Both the position numbers and the translations under genes were made by a program. Below, piece by piece: positions 41,274 through 54,528 of a DNA stretch of 64,000 bases. Origin of the DNA: Octopus sinensis (Eukaryota); the NCBI RefSeq assembly GCF_006345805.1, contig NW_021834194.1, forward strand, positions 17,102 to 81,101, read 5' to 3'. Below the pieces are notes generated by a model. It did no database searches, was not told the DNA's origin, and was given only the letters and a program-made list of their open reading frames with translations. Every line of letters begins with the position of its first letter. Positions within the stretch are counted from its first letter, which is position 1.

Positions 41274-42844
41274 AAAATTATTTTAATATTTCATCTTTAT
41301 AAATTGTATTCTGACATTATAAAAGTTAAACATCCTATTAAATTTTAAAAGATTATAATTTTGATATATTTTTGTAAATTACATTTAAATATTGTATTTG
41401 AAGGAATAGTCTATGTTATAATTTGGTAAATATAGAAATATTCTTGGAGATTTCTGTGGAATTATCAGCTTGGTTGAGAAATAGAATAGTGACGGCTTTT
41501 TTTTTTTAAATTGTATATTTGTGGATGAGAAAGACATGAATAATATTTGAAGAGAGGGTGTGTCATTTATAGAGATAGGTAAACAGACTAAATGGTGGTG
41601 GTCGTGGTGGTAGAAAGAATTCAAGTTATGTATGTAATGTGTGGCTGATGTGTTTTACTCCTTTAGTTATTGAAACACGGCCATGCTGGAGCATTGCCTT
41701 GATGCATTTAACTGATCGTATTAGCACCGGTATTTCTTTTTCAGTCCGGTACATATTTTAACTGAATCTATTTGTGGATCAGCTAGGTTAGGAAATGAAG
41801 TTGAAATTTTAATTAAACAGTAAGTACTAATGATTAAATGATGGAAAGAATATATATATATATAAAGTGAGAGAGAGATACACACTTGTATACATACATA
41901 TATACGCACACTCTTCACATTTGTGCTAATTTCCTCCTACCATTTTATAAACTATAAAAGATGTGTCCAGGATTTCAAATACTTTTACAAGAAAAGAAAG
42001 TTCATATTTTTTTGAACACTTTCAAAAATATCTTATGAATTTTAAAGAGAGAAAATGTAAATTATATTTAATGACAAAAAGTTTTAGATTTTATGTTTCA
42101 TGGAAAATTCAAAATTTCTAAATCAATTTTACAGAAATTTAAGATAAGAAATCAAATAGGTACGTAACTGTGTCTTTATTTTTGTCCCACTAACATTGCT
42201 TGATAACCGATGCTGGTGTGTTTACATCCCTGTAACTTAAAAGTTCAGCAAAAGACACCAATAGAATAAGTACTAAGCTTACAAAGAATAAGTCCTGGGG
42301 TCAATTTGTTTGACTAAAGGTGGTACTCCAGTATGGCCACAGTCAAATGACTGAAACAAGTACAAGAATAAAAGAATACATATATATACATATATACACG
42401 TACACTATATCAACACACACACATGGATATAATATATACATGTTTATGTAAAAGGGAAATAAAATGTTGAAGTTGATATTTAAAAGGAGACAGGGAATGA
42501 GAGAAAGAGAGAGAGATGAAAGTAAAAGAAGAGAAGGACATATGAAGGATATAAAATAGGAGAGGGGGCGGGGTTGTTATCATTATTATTAATTACTATT
42601 GGGTGGTGAGCTGGCAGAATTGTTAGCATGCCGGGCAAAATGCTAGGCAACTATCTAACAATTTATCAACTGTCTACTGACACGATTTTCCTGATAAAGA
42701 AGATAACAATTGTTTGTTTTCGGATTTTATAAATCTTTGTTACTGATCAATCCTCTTATCTAACTAGTTTACTGCCTCATTCAAGAAATACTTACTGCTA
42801 CATCAATAACTACTTGAAACTGTTCACATCACACCAAATAAGGA

Positions 42845-43350
42845 ATGGACACCTACCGCAAGATATTTTTCCTCTTTGTCATATTCATGGTAATATGCAT
42901 TTCTTTTTATATTTCTCAATTTGAATATAATCTCAAGAAACTACAAGACATTTGGAATTGGACTTCAACAACTAAGCAGTATGTTTCCTACACAAGGAAT
43001 ACCTCTCGATTGTTTCCAGGTAATCAGCCTGAAAACGATCGTATCGAAGCTCAAATGAAATATGTCCTACCAGGAGAAGAAAGATGGGAAAATTATGAAC
43101 GGAATAGGCACCAAAATCAGTCAGATTCTGATCGAAATGTAAAGTTAAAGCCAAATAGACCAAAGTTTAAAACGTTGTTAATATACAGTTTAAGATATCT
43201 GCAACCATTGAAGGAAAATCAAACGAGTTTCCTGGAATATAAATGTCCAGTTAATGAATGTTTAGTCACAAACAACAAAGCAATGCAAAATAGTGTAGAT
43301 GCTATTTTCTTTTATGAGACAGTGGGACTATCACAGAAACCAACCCACGA
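42845..43350 (+). pseudogene. Inverted, 3'-truncated fucosyltransferase exon A3 (first ~168 codons) fused to antisense LINE
   Basis: MDTYRKIFFLFVIF..GLSQKPTH matches A1/A4, then switches to LINE-derived sequence. 5' flank homology extends to about 42655. Confidence 0.88.
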
Positions 43351-43648
43351 AAATAAAGGACTTCAACCAGTTATAGAGTTCATCTCTTACGCCCAATGCA
43401 GAGAGCTTCACCATAAGTCTTTTGTGTGGCACAGAGTTAAAAGCCTTAGCAAAGTCCGGGTAAACAACATCCACCTAGGATCCGCGATCAGTGATTTGGG
43501 TAACGTTCTCAAGAAACTCGATTGAGTTAGAAATAAATCCAAATTGTGATGGCTGGATGAGGCTGTGAGACTTCCAGAAGTTCCAGAGGGTTTCCCTGAT
43601 ACAGGATTCCATCAGCTTGGCGATGCAGCTAGTAAGACTAACAGGTTC
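43349..43648 (-). mobile_element. CR1/L2 LINE RT fragment, same family as 39305
   Basis: The reverse complement matches 39305-39535 (CAGCCATCACAATTTGG..GTCCTTTATTTTCG) and extends it upstream (PVSLTSCIAKLME). Confidence 0.85.
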
Positions 43649-46600
43649 ATTATATTTGAAATGTAACAAATATATTTGTTTAAAATAAATGAAAATTATG
43701 GCTTCTGTTGATGAAAGTTAATTCTTATCTAGTCACCCTATGGTCAGACATTCTAGCCATGACCTCACCAATGTGTTATCTAATATGTTTTTAAGGGCAT
43801 TTTTAGGACTTTATTGTTGGTTTGTAATACATTTTATAATAAATGCAGACAACGTGAAATAATTCTCAGAAGCCATCCATCTGATAAATAATATCGAAGA
43901 TGGTGAGAAAACATATTTAATGCATTGTACATTAAAATGTTGATGTAGGATAAAGATGTACTGAGAGAGAAAATATATGTTGTCACCAAATAGTTTAATA
44001 TTTAAACAATTCTTCTTGTTTGCTTCAAGATATAAAATAGAAATGAAATTACCAGAACAATTCCATTTATACACAAAGTTTAATATTAAAATAAAAAAGC
44101 AGTTTAAAACATTTCATTGATTAAAAGAAGAAAAAGATCAATTAGTAGAGTCGTTAGGACATTGGACTTAATACCTTGTGGTATTTATTCTCTTTGTCTG
44201 CTGAGTTTAAATCCTGCCGAGAATAATTTTGATTGTTATCATGCAAGGGTCGATAATTAAAATGCCAGTCTGAGGTGGTGGTCTGATAGAATTAAATATT
44301 TGACAAGATTTCTTGTAGTATTTAATGTGGTTCTTTATGATCTGAGTTCAAATCCTTTTGTTGCCTCCCTGGGTTGCAGACTTAATCTATCACCTTTTTC
44401 AACACCATCACCTGGCTCTTGAGCTGCTTTTCAGGAGAGGATTTCTCTATTGTATGCATTCATGTTAGGTCTCCTGTTTTGAGAATGTCTATCTTCCATT
44501 CACCACTTTTGAAGACCCTGGAAATATAAAGGGCCATCGGCAGGGCCCTTCTTCCTTGCTAAGCTTTTAAAAAATTAAGTTTACAAAAAACTAACAATTA
44601 ATTTAACAGCCATAGAATTGATTTACAAATTTCAAATTTCACCTGAGAATTAGAAATCCACTGTAAACTACCTAAAATTGTGTATTCTTAGATGAACATA
44701 TCCGTTCCTTTAAGTTCCATCAAATAGTTTTGACATAGTTATAACCAAACTATACTTTATTTTATATTCTGGAAATGAAAATTTTTACTTGTAATGTAAC
44801 AGTGTAAAATCTTTGAAAAGTGTCTAGTCTTTAAAATACTACCTGAAAATAAAACAAATTCCAATATAAAAGTTTATGTTTGAAATAGTTCTAATGAAGT
44901 TTTAACGAAGTGTGTTAGTCAAATGTGCGTTAATTAAAATAATTCCCTGAATTACTTGTGTTGAGGGGTTCATTCCAGCCTGAAGTCTTTCTCTCTCAGA
45001 AATATCATGCAAGAGTCGCAATAATGTGTTTTTGTGCAGCACTTAAAGCTATATTTATAATCTACCAGGAAGAAGTTTCTAGATACCTGGTGGGTGTTAC
45101 CTTGTCATGGGTATGTATCTTGGTTTAAAAGTATGTGGCTGTTGTAGTGTATAGGTGTGTGTGTGTATATGTTGGTGTGTTGAATTATATGTTAGCCAGA
45201 TTACATCGACATGCCTATCTCAGATTACCACAGACTATGTGAATGACACCCTCTCCCCACCTCCTATCCAATTCTATATTCTTTCTTTCTCTCTTTACAC
45301 CATCTCCAACAATACCACCACCACCACCTCTCAATGTATTTCCATTCAAATGTTTCATGTTTCTGAACCAATCATATTCACTTATTTTGCCTTCTTTCTT
45401 TATATTGAAAAATTTTATCCTCAACATTTAAATTTGTATACATGCTTATATAGCTACACACACACACACACACACATATACATATATATATACATATAAA
45501 CATGTACCTACAAACACACCCATATACATACACACATACAGGCATACTTTTTTCCAATAAGTTGTAGTGACCCTAATATCGTATACAATAAGCTCATTAT
45601 AGTTATTATTATTATCATTATTAAGAATCGTTAGCATACTGGGCGAAATGCTTAGTGGTATTTCACTCATAGCTACGTTCCAAGTTCAAATTCCACCAAG
45701 GTCGTCTTTGGTTTCATCTGCCCAGGGTCAATAAAACAAGTAGCATTTGAGTACTGAGGCCGATGTAGTCAACCGTCCGCTTCCCTACGAAATGTCAGGC
45801 CTTGTGCCTTTAGAAGAAAGGACTATTATTTATGCAGTGAATGACTTCATCGTTAATGTGTCGGACATTGAACGAAGCAAGGTGGGAGAATGCTTTAGAG
45901 TAGCTAACCCTGCTAGAAATAACAGCCACATCTCCTTCTAGTCAGATTCTATTGTTATAGGAATGTATATATGTATGTATTGAGCCAATGACCGAGAGCT
46001 CTGTATGGCTGTTAAATCACGAGAATTCTCCTATTTTCATCTGAGCTTTGTGTACTAAAGATCTTTCAAGTTTGATATTTTCTAAATCCCTAAGGTCCAC
46101 ACACTTGGCAACAATGGCTGCATCTCTTTTCATTTCTTGTGTTAGCATTTTATCTGCCATCAGGGATCTGAAAGAAACCTTAGAATTGGTTTGGAGAGAG
46201 TAATATACTGATGATTAAATGTCCTTAAATACACGACATGCACACTGTCCATATACATATATATCTATGTATGTGTGTCTATATCCGTGTATGTTACTCT
46301 GTGTGTGTATATATATCTCCGTATGTTACTGTATATAATATCAAATTATTCCTCACGATTTTTCATGTAAAATGTCTCAGTTTTCTACTGAAAGATATTC
46401 TATTTCAACAGACATTCTTTGTTGCAGAAAACAATACGTGGGAAAAACCAATGTATATATAATCCCTCACATTAATGTATATATGTGTGTGTATATAAAT
46501 GTAAGAATGTGTGTATGTAGGTCAGTAAACATGTCTATGTATGTATGCAGGGATGAGTATGTTCATGCATCTGCAGCTATATATATTAAGTATATGTATG

Positions 46601-46661
46601 GACATATGTAGTAAGTATATATACAATGGTATGTATATATGTAAATATATGTGTATATATT

Positions 46662-47540
46662 AATAGTTATTGCCAAGCTAATATAGCAGTCTAGAAATAT
46701 AGGACGAATGCTGCCGTTGATTAGCTCCAAGAGGCCATCGCCTCTAGCTAGCTATGTGACACACGAACCTGTGTCCATTATAACCTTCGAACAGGGGAGG
46801 TCAGCCATTTCCCCTTGCTGGTCAGGCATTTGCAGACTAGTTTCAGAGTATTTGCCCCTTATCAGTGCAGAGCAGCCGAACCCAGCAGGCGTCGCTAGTA
46901 ACCGTCTGTTCGAAGGATTATTTACCTAAACTCAGTGGAATACATCCACTGGTTTTCAAAAATAGAAATATTATTATTTCTAAGTCTCTCGAAAGGAGCC
47001 TACTGCAGCGGTGTCACATAGCTATCTCGATGCGATGACCTCTTGGAGGTAATCATCGGCAGCTTTCGTCCTATATTTATGGACTGCCATATTAGCGTGG
47101 CGATAACTTAATATCCAGTGCTGCTGTAGTCTCCTTTAGGGAGACTTAGAAATATTTATATTTCTATTTTTGAAAACCAGTGGATGTATTCTACTGAGTT
47201 TAGGTAAATAATCCTTCGAACAGACGGTTAGTAGTGACGCCTGCTGGGTTCGGCTTCTCTGCACTGATAAGGGGCAAATACCCTGAAACTAGTCTGCAGA
47301 TGCCTGACTATCAAGAGGAAGCAGCTGATCTCCCCTGTTCGAAGGTTATAATGGACACAGGTGCGTGTGTCACATAGCTAGCTAGAGGCGATGGCCTTTT
47401 GTAGCTAATCAACGACAGCATTCGTCCTATATTTCTGGACTGCCATATTAGCTTGGCGATAACTTAACATCCAGTACTGCTGCCGTAGTCTCCTTTAGAG
47501 AGACATAGAAATAATAATAATTCTAGTTTTGAAAACCAGT
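46662..47540. repeat. ~356-bp tandem unit (1.5 copies) plus one inverted copy, each full unit with a type I hammerhead-like motif (retrozyme-like)
   Basis: GTGTCACATAGCT recurs at 47011 and 47367. 46662-47008 is the reverse complement of about 47120-47465. Motifs at 47258-47300 (+) and 46828-46870 (-). Confidence 0.75.
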
Positions 47541-47545
47541 GTATG

Positions 47546-47583
<38 letters not shown>

Positions 47584-47585
<2 letters not shown>

Positions 47586-47973
47586 CGCAGGAGTGGCTGT
47601 GTGGTACGTAGCTTGCTAACCAACCACATGGTTCCGGGTTCAGTCACACTGCGTGATATCTTGGGCAAGTGTCTTCTACTATAGCCTCGAGCCGACCAAA
47701 GCCTTGTGAGTGGATCTGGTAGACGGAAACTGAAAGAGGCCCGTCGTATATATGTTTATATGTACGTGTGTGTATATGTTTGTGTGTCTGTGTTTGTCCC
47801 CCTAGCATTGCTTGACAACCGATGCTGGTGTGTTTACGTCCCCGTCACTTAGCGGATCGGCAAAAGAGACCGATAGAATAAGTACTGGGCTTACAAAGAA
47901 TAAGTCCCGGGGTAATTTTGCTCGACTAAAGGCGGTGCTCCAGCATGGCCGCAGTCAAAAGGACTCAAAAAGA

Positions 47974-47975
<2 letters not shown>
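47584..47975 (+). mobile_element. tRNA-derived SINE (family 2), head plus tail
   Basis: GGCGCAGGAGTGGCTGTGTGG..GGTTCCGGGTTCAGTC head and the shared tail. Confidence 0.8.
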
Positions 47976-48012
<37 letters not shown>

Positions 48013-48801
48013 TAAATAAGGACAATATCAATATTTAAATATCGATATTATCAAGTGGCCAGCATGGAAATAAATAACATAGAACGGTAATAATTTTTTA
48101 CAACTATAAATAAGGGTATCTGAGAGACACCACCATACCGAAGTAGTAGTCAAATCCCTGACTTTAAAAACCACCTAAAATGTTCATATTGCACCACAAG
48201 ATAAGACAGAGGGTCAAAATAAACTAGCAAAAAGATATTACTGGATAATTCAAGTTCCTGGATTTCTAGCTTGGCTTCAAATAAACTCTGCTTTCATCAG
48301 TTGAATAAACCAGATGGTATATTCAATGTGATTTCAATGTCATTCGTTGAAAGCATGCGAAATAACTCGGAAAAGAAAAAAACTTACGAAACAAAACTCC
48401 GTTGCTGTATCACTGAGTTTCCCGGTGACCCAACAGGTCACGGGTAGTCTAGTATTTATATAAGCACAACTCTGTAACGTGACACACATAAAGAAATAAA
48501 TCATGTAACGATGGAAACGAATTCACGAAAAGAAAAATAAACACTGTTCAATATGTTTGTTTAAATACGGTTGTAGAAGTAAAAACAGTTCGAAAGGAAA
48601 GATTACCCAAGAATTTTAAAGGGTTTTCTTATAATCGCGAGAATTTGCAGTTTTTAAGTTCTCTTACCTCTTCCCTATCTTTCCCGCCTCCTCTCAATCT
48701 CTCTCTCGCTCTCTCTTTCGCTCCCTCTCTCTCTCTCTCTCAATATAGTTTATCCCGTTCAATGACAACATCATGGACATTATATCACAATATCCTATGT
48801 T

Positions 48802-49123
48802 TTATGTCCACCGGCGCCTTCCAATACACTGACCCTTTCCTGCCCACCATTCCCATACGTTCTCATACCATGTCGGCTTGTAATAATCGGCAGCGTGTAG
48901 CATCGCACAAACACGACACCAAAATTTGGTATTAATAAATTCTCCTGTTCCTTTCCATTTGAAATACTCATTATAAAGAGTATCATTTTTATCAAGTTTA
49001 TGCAGATAATCTGCCAATTCTTTTGGGGATTTAAAATCCTCGTAGTGGATGTACGAATTCTCGGGTGCTACTTCACGATAGTCGTCAGGATGGGCACCCA
49101 TTACTATTGGAATAACATTATAT
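48802..49123 (-). CDS. FucTA: GT10 fucosyltransferase terminal exon B2 (intact)
   Basis: AG acceptor at 49124-49125, 322 nt, YNVIPIVMGAHPDDY..GRRRWT*, no disruptions. In phase with the A4 donor. Confidence 0.82.
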
Positions 49124-49266
49124 CTGCAATAGACAAAAGAAAAGAAAAAACGAAAATACAGCTGCCATAAACAATATTGGAATGAGAAATAATGATTCAT
49201 GCAAGCAAATTATATATATAAATCATATATAAAGATATCATATAAAACATCTGTCTATCTACATAC

Positions 49267-49297
<31 letters not shown>

Positions 49298-49309
49298 AAA
49301 CTGAGAATG

Positions 49310-50208
49310 TCAGTAATATAATCTCTACAACTGGAATTTTCGAATGCCAAATAAAATTTGTATTCCTTTTTTAACATCTCAAAGCAACTAGTTTTATTCT
49401 CTCTTTTGCAAACTTTTGTACCACATCTACCGTAAATATCCACCTTAGCATAACCCATTCGATTGTTGGTTGGACGACAGTTCGATACGAACCAAGCAAC
49501 CTTCTTTGTTTTTCCCGCTGCATAATTTTGAAATTGTACTTTTTCTCTTACTGACTTGTTAAAATATCGAAATTTCCTATAAGGATATACAATCGTACTG
49601 TCCGGCCATTAAGTAATCGTCCAGTTGATTTTGTTTCCCAGGTGTTTCACTGATGGGTTGAAAACAGGACACTCTTGTGTCATAAAAATCCATATTTGGT
49701 TCGTGTGGGTTGGTTTCTGTGATAGTCCCACTCTCTCATAAAAGAAAATAGCATCTACACTATTTTGCATTGCTTTGTTGTTTGTGACTAAACATTCATT
49801 AACTGGACATTTATATTCCAGGAAACTCGTTTGATTTTCCTTCAATGGTTGCAGATATTCTAAACTGTATATTAACAACGTTTTAAACTTTGGTCTAATT
49901 GGCTTTAACTTTACATTTCGATCAGAATCTGACTGATTTTGGTGCCTATTCCGTTTATAATTTTCCCATCTTTCCTCTCCTGGTAGGACATATTTCATTT
50001 GAGCTTCGATACGATCGTTTTCAGTCTGATTACCTGGAAACAATCGAGAGGAATTCCTTCTGTAGGAAACATACTGCTTAGTTGTTGAAGTCCAATTCCA
50101 AATGTTTTGTAGGTTCTTGAGATTATATTCAAATTGAGAAATATAAAAAGAAATGCATATTACCATGAATATGACAAAGAGGAAAAATATCTTGCGGTAG
50201 GTGTCAAT
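49310..50208 (-). pseudogene. Dead fucosyltransferase exon A2
   Basis: ATG>ATT at 50206-50208, in-frame TAA at 49609-49611, 21-nt deletion (ELGKYIQ), and the exon end plus donor deleted at 49310. Confidence 0.9.
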
Positions 50209-50784
50209 TCCTTATTTGGTGTGATGTGAACAGTTTCAAGTCGTTATTCATGTAGCAGTAAGTATTTCTTGAATGAGGCAGTGAACTAGTTAGATAAAAG
50301 GATTGATCACTAACAAAGATTTATAAAATCCTAAAACAAACAATTGTTGTCTTCTTCATCAGGAAAATCGTGTCAATAGACAGTTGACAAATTGTTCGAT
50401 CAAGAGAAAAATATCAGCTAAAACACACCTTAATGCCTTCGATATTTTAATTAAGTAGCACAATGATACACGCCTCGTGCACACACATACACACTCATAC
50501 ACACACGCGTATCCCCCACGCGCATACACTAAATACATATATACATATATGATATGTAAATATGCGTATGAAGAGACTCATGCGAACACGTAGGTCAATA
50601 GTTGTTGATAACATCCCATCAACTTGCAATATGTCTGAATATTTACTGTCAGGCTTATGGCGAGCATATGAGTGGAGGCGTATGCGTTACCCTTTCCAAT
50701 AAAACTCTCACCTATGAACAAGTCAACACATGTTTGTATAGCACTATCAACCCTAGCTAAATCATATATTTGTATATATATATA

Positions 50785-50815
<31 letters not shown>

Positions 50816-50974
50816 ATGTATATATATATATATATAGATAGATATATAGATAGAGATATAGATATATGTATATATATACATATATATATATACATATATA
50901 TATATAAAATTAAATTCAGCACAAACCAAAGCAATAAATAAGACAAATGAAAATATACGAAATGAAATAATCAC

Positions 50975-51037
50975 CTGTGTATCGATCGATTTCAGGTATC
51001 AACATCCGCAAGGATATCTGTAACTTCGTCAGCACAG
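50975..51037 (-). ncRNA. Type I hammerhead ribozyme-like motif with canonical core
   Basis: CTGTG-CTGACGA-AG..ATATCC ttgc GGATGT..CT-GAA-ATCGATCGAT-A^CACAG: 5-bp stem I and a palindromic stem III. Confidence 0.65.
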
Positions 51038-51133
51038 TCTGTTATGAACATAATTTGCTGGACTAGATGCAAAAAAACGATACCGGAGTTTCGCATGCAT
51101 AAAGTACAACCGATTAAGTTCGAATGTATCTTT

Positions 51134-51175
<42 letters not shown>

Positions 51176-51176
<1 letters not shown>

Positions 51177-51748
51177 CAATCAATATAAGGGTAACAAAAA
51201 ATTCAAGAAAAATTTTCTGCCACCAGCGGTCAAGTGAGAAAATAGAAATAGTCACAGACTATATGATAGATTCAACAAAATATTAAGGAATGACCCTGAG
51301 AAGGTCGTTCGACTCACTTGAAAAGAGCAGCTAAACTCAAAACCGCAAAAAATAGTAGTAATTCTGAAACTAGAGGAAAATAAAAAACATTTATCCCCTT
51401 CAAACTTTGTACCATTCAAGGTTTCAACATCTTCACGCAATCAAATTTAATTAAATTTTTAATTTTAATTTAATTAAATTTGATTGCGTGAAGATGTTGA
51501 AACCTTGCAGGGTACAAAGTTTGAAGGGGATAAATGTTTTTTATTTTCCTCTAGTTTCAGAATTACTACTATTTTTTGCGGTTTTGAGTTTAGCTGCTCT
51601 TTTCAAGTGAGTGGAACGACCTTCTCAGGGTCATTCCTTAATATTTTGTTGAATGTATCATATAGTCTGTGACTATTTCTATTTTCTCACTTGACCGCTG
51701 GTGGCAGAAAATTTTTCTTGAAATTTTTGTTACCCTTATATTGATTGA
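51176..51748. repeat. ~570-bp near-perfect palindrome; partial third arm at about 51945-52010
   Basis: 51176-51455 is the reverse complement of about 51472-51748, with an AT-only loop. Confidence 0.9.
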
Positions 51749-52256
51749 TTAATGAATTTTTGACTAATTCTGAAATTTGTATCAGCAGCTTATATTTGCT
51801 GCGGAGTAGATGGCGCGATTACGGTGAATTCGAAAATTTACGATATATAGACCCGAGGCTTAGATGGTGTAGCCTCGTGTATATATATCTGCCTCCTATT
51901 TTGGTGACTTTGCTGACGAGACAAGCCAAGCGTAAACGGATTTAATTTAACTTAATTAAATTTGATTGCGTGAAGATGTTGAAACCTTGCAGGGTACAAA
52001 GTTTGAAGGTTGACGTATCAAATGATTCAGTAATCTTTCGATTACTAAAGAAAGTATGTTTTTGGCACAACTCTTTTTTACCAGTAAAAATCCCGAGAAC
52101 GAGGTTGGGTAGTAAAATTTTGACGTCATTTTCCGGCAATATTTCGATTTGCTTCCAATGTATCACCTTTGTCCAATGTTTCTCTCTCCCTCACCCTCTC
52201 TCCCCTTTCATTCTCTATCTCTCTGCTCCCACTCTCTTTGTATATACATATATATT

Positions 52257-52317
<61 letters not shown>

Positions 52318-52334
52318 TACATTTACGCATAATT

Positions 52335-52548
52335 TACTTAGAAAATACATTCTCATTCAACAACAAGAAATACCGACAGATAAAAGGCACGGCTATGGGT
52401 ACAAAATTCGCACCATTATATGCCAACCTGGTGGTGGGTTTCCTGGAGAACAAACTATATGATGAAATATGGAAAGTCTTCGAACACGACTTCAGAGAAG
52501 ACATCAAGAAAAAGTGGAAACGCTACCTCGATGACTGCTTCATCTTTT
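52335..52548 (+). mobile_element. Penelope-like RT fragment, same family as 2741-3454
   Basis: LENTFSFNNKKYRQIKGTAMGTKFAPLYANLVVGFLENKLYDEI..KRYLDDCFIF. Confidence 0.88.
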
Positions 52549-52885
52549 CAAGATGGTGTAATTTAGTTGTTAAAGTTTTTTTTTCAAATATTTCACGTAT
52601 AAGCGTGTATATATAAATATAGTGGTATAAATATCAACACAATTTTTTCCCCTGCCTCCCTTAATTTTCTTTTTCTTTATTTGTCTCTCTCCCCTTCTCC
52701 AAACACACAGACACACGCACACACACACGCACACACACACACACACACAAACACACACGGACACACACACAGACACAGACACACACCTCCACAAAACGAT
52801 CATAAAAAGTGGAAAGAATTCTTAAACCCAAAAAAAGCATTTGACCATTCTCACAATGATAAAAGGAAATAAAATGAATGGCCAA

Positions 52886-53225
52886 CCTCCCCGCCACCAC
52901 ACACCCAGTGACACTGTGAAGTGGTCAAAGCTGAAATTCTTAGAACCCCCTTGGAGTCAATATTTTGGCCTACCTCCCCGCCAACACACACTCAGTGACA
53001 CTGTGAAGTGGTCAAAGCTGAAATTCTTAGAACCCCCTTGGAGGCAATATTATGGCCTACCTCCCCGCCACCACACACTCAGTGACACTGTGAAGTGGTC
53101 AAAGCTGAAATTCTTAGAACCCCCTTGGAGGCAATATTATGGCCTACCTCCCCGCCACCACACACTCAGTGACACTGTGAAGTGGTCAAAGCTGAAATTC
53201 TTAGAACCCCCTTGGAGGCAATATT
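52886..53225. repeat. 87-bp minisatellite, 4 copies
   Basis: CCTCCCCGCCA anchor at 52886, 52973, 53060 and 53147. Confidence 0.95.
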
Positions 53226-53595
53226 CTGTCCAGCAGAGCAAAAAAATTATTTCCTTCTTCTTACCTCTCCCTTCCCCTCTCTCTTTAGCACTCACCTCAG
53301 ATAAAAACACACACACACACACACACATACACATACACATACACACATGTTCTCTCTCTCACTTTCTCCTCATCCACCTCACCCTCTTGTACTGTCTTAT
53401 ATTCCTCCCCACCACTACGAAACTCTATAAAATCATTACAATTCCCCACAAAATCTTATTTTGATTTGAAAACCCCACTAGAATGGGAGAAAGCGCTAAT
53501 GATCTAAGTGATATGATATGTATATAAAAAATGTAATATATAAATAAATATCTGTAAATATAAACCATCCGATCTTCTGATTACCTCATTTCTTG

Positions 53596-53676
<81 letters not shown>

Positions 53677-53712
53677 ATATATATATACAAATGTTACATT
53701 ACTCGGTAGTCA

Positions 53713-53774
53713 AGATAAAACTCTGAGTTTCAGATGCCGAAGTGGAAATCACAACACCATCTCTTCGGTTATCT
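53713..53774 (-). ncRNA. Hammerhead-like motif (C4 variant)
   Basis: AGATAA-CCGAAGA-GATG..CATC-T-GAAACTC a GAGT-T^TTATCT: 6-bp stem I. Confidence 0.5.
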
Positions 53775-53884
53775 GGCTATTTGAAAACGTTTTCAAATAG
53801 ATAAATTTCCTCTATTTACATAATATTGAGGTCTCTTTCTTTCTTTTGTTATCTTACCGTTTTATCAATATATATATATATATA

Positions 53885-54225
53885 TATGTAGGTCCCGGGT
53901 TGAGTCGGGGTTAACCACAGTAAATAATGTACTCAATACATGGCAGAGTAAATTAATTTTTTTTATAGAAGGAGCTTCTACAGGACTAGAACTGTTTCAT
54001 TCAAATGAAATCATCAGGAAGCTTAGCGTCAAGAATAGTTTTGGCATTTATACATTTAGGCAGATTTGATGGGGTGGTGGTGGTGATGGGGGACTTTTTT
54101 GGGGGTAGGCAGGGCATAAACTGTCTTTCTTAAGGGAGTGGTCAAAAGAATCAGTGCTAAAGTAGATAAATGAATAAATAGAATAATTGAATAGAGTTTT
54201 AGGTAAATAGGAAGACTATTGCTTA
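53885..54225 (-). mobile_element. ~340-bp hammerhead-bearing short element, copy 1 (motif 53973-54023)
   Basis: Homologous to 55325-55680 and 57215-57480; AGCTTC-CTGATGA..GAAACAG..CTGTA^GAAGCT. Confidence 0.7.
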
Positions 54226-54528
54226 TATATATATATATATATATGTGTGTTGTGTGTGTGTATGTGTATATATATGTATGTGTGTATATATGTGTGTATG
54301 TATGTATATCTGTGTATGTGTATGTGAATGTATATGTACATGTATGTATATATATGTATATGTGTATTTATAGATATATGTGTGTGTGTATGTATATGTA
54401 CTAGTGTATGTGGGTGTGTATATGTACACATGTATATATGTGTGTATAAATGTAGATATGAGTGTGCGTATGTGGATACGAATACACGTATGTATATGTG
54501 TATGTGTATTTACATATATATATGTATA

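Noticed and set aside
44410-46175. Minus-strand acceptor-like sites at about 44520 and 46170 followed by short reading frames
   Set aside because: All frames hit stops quickly; no homology that I recognise.
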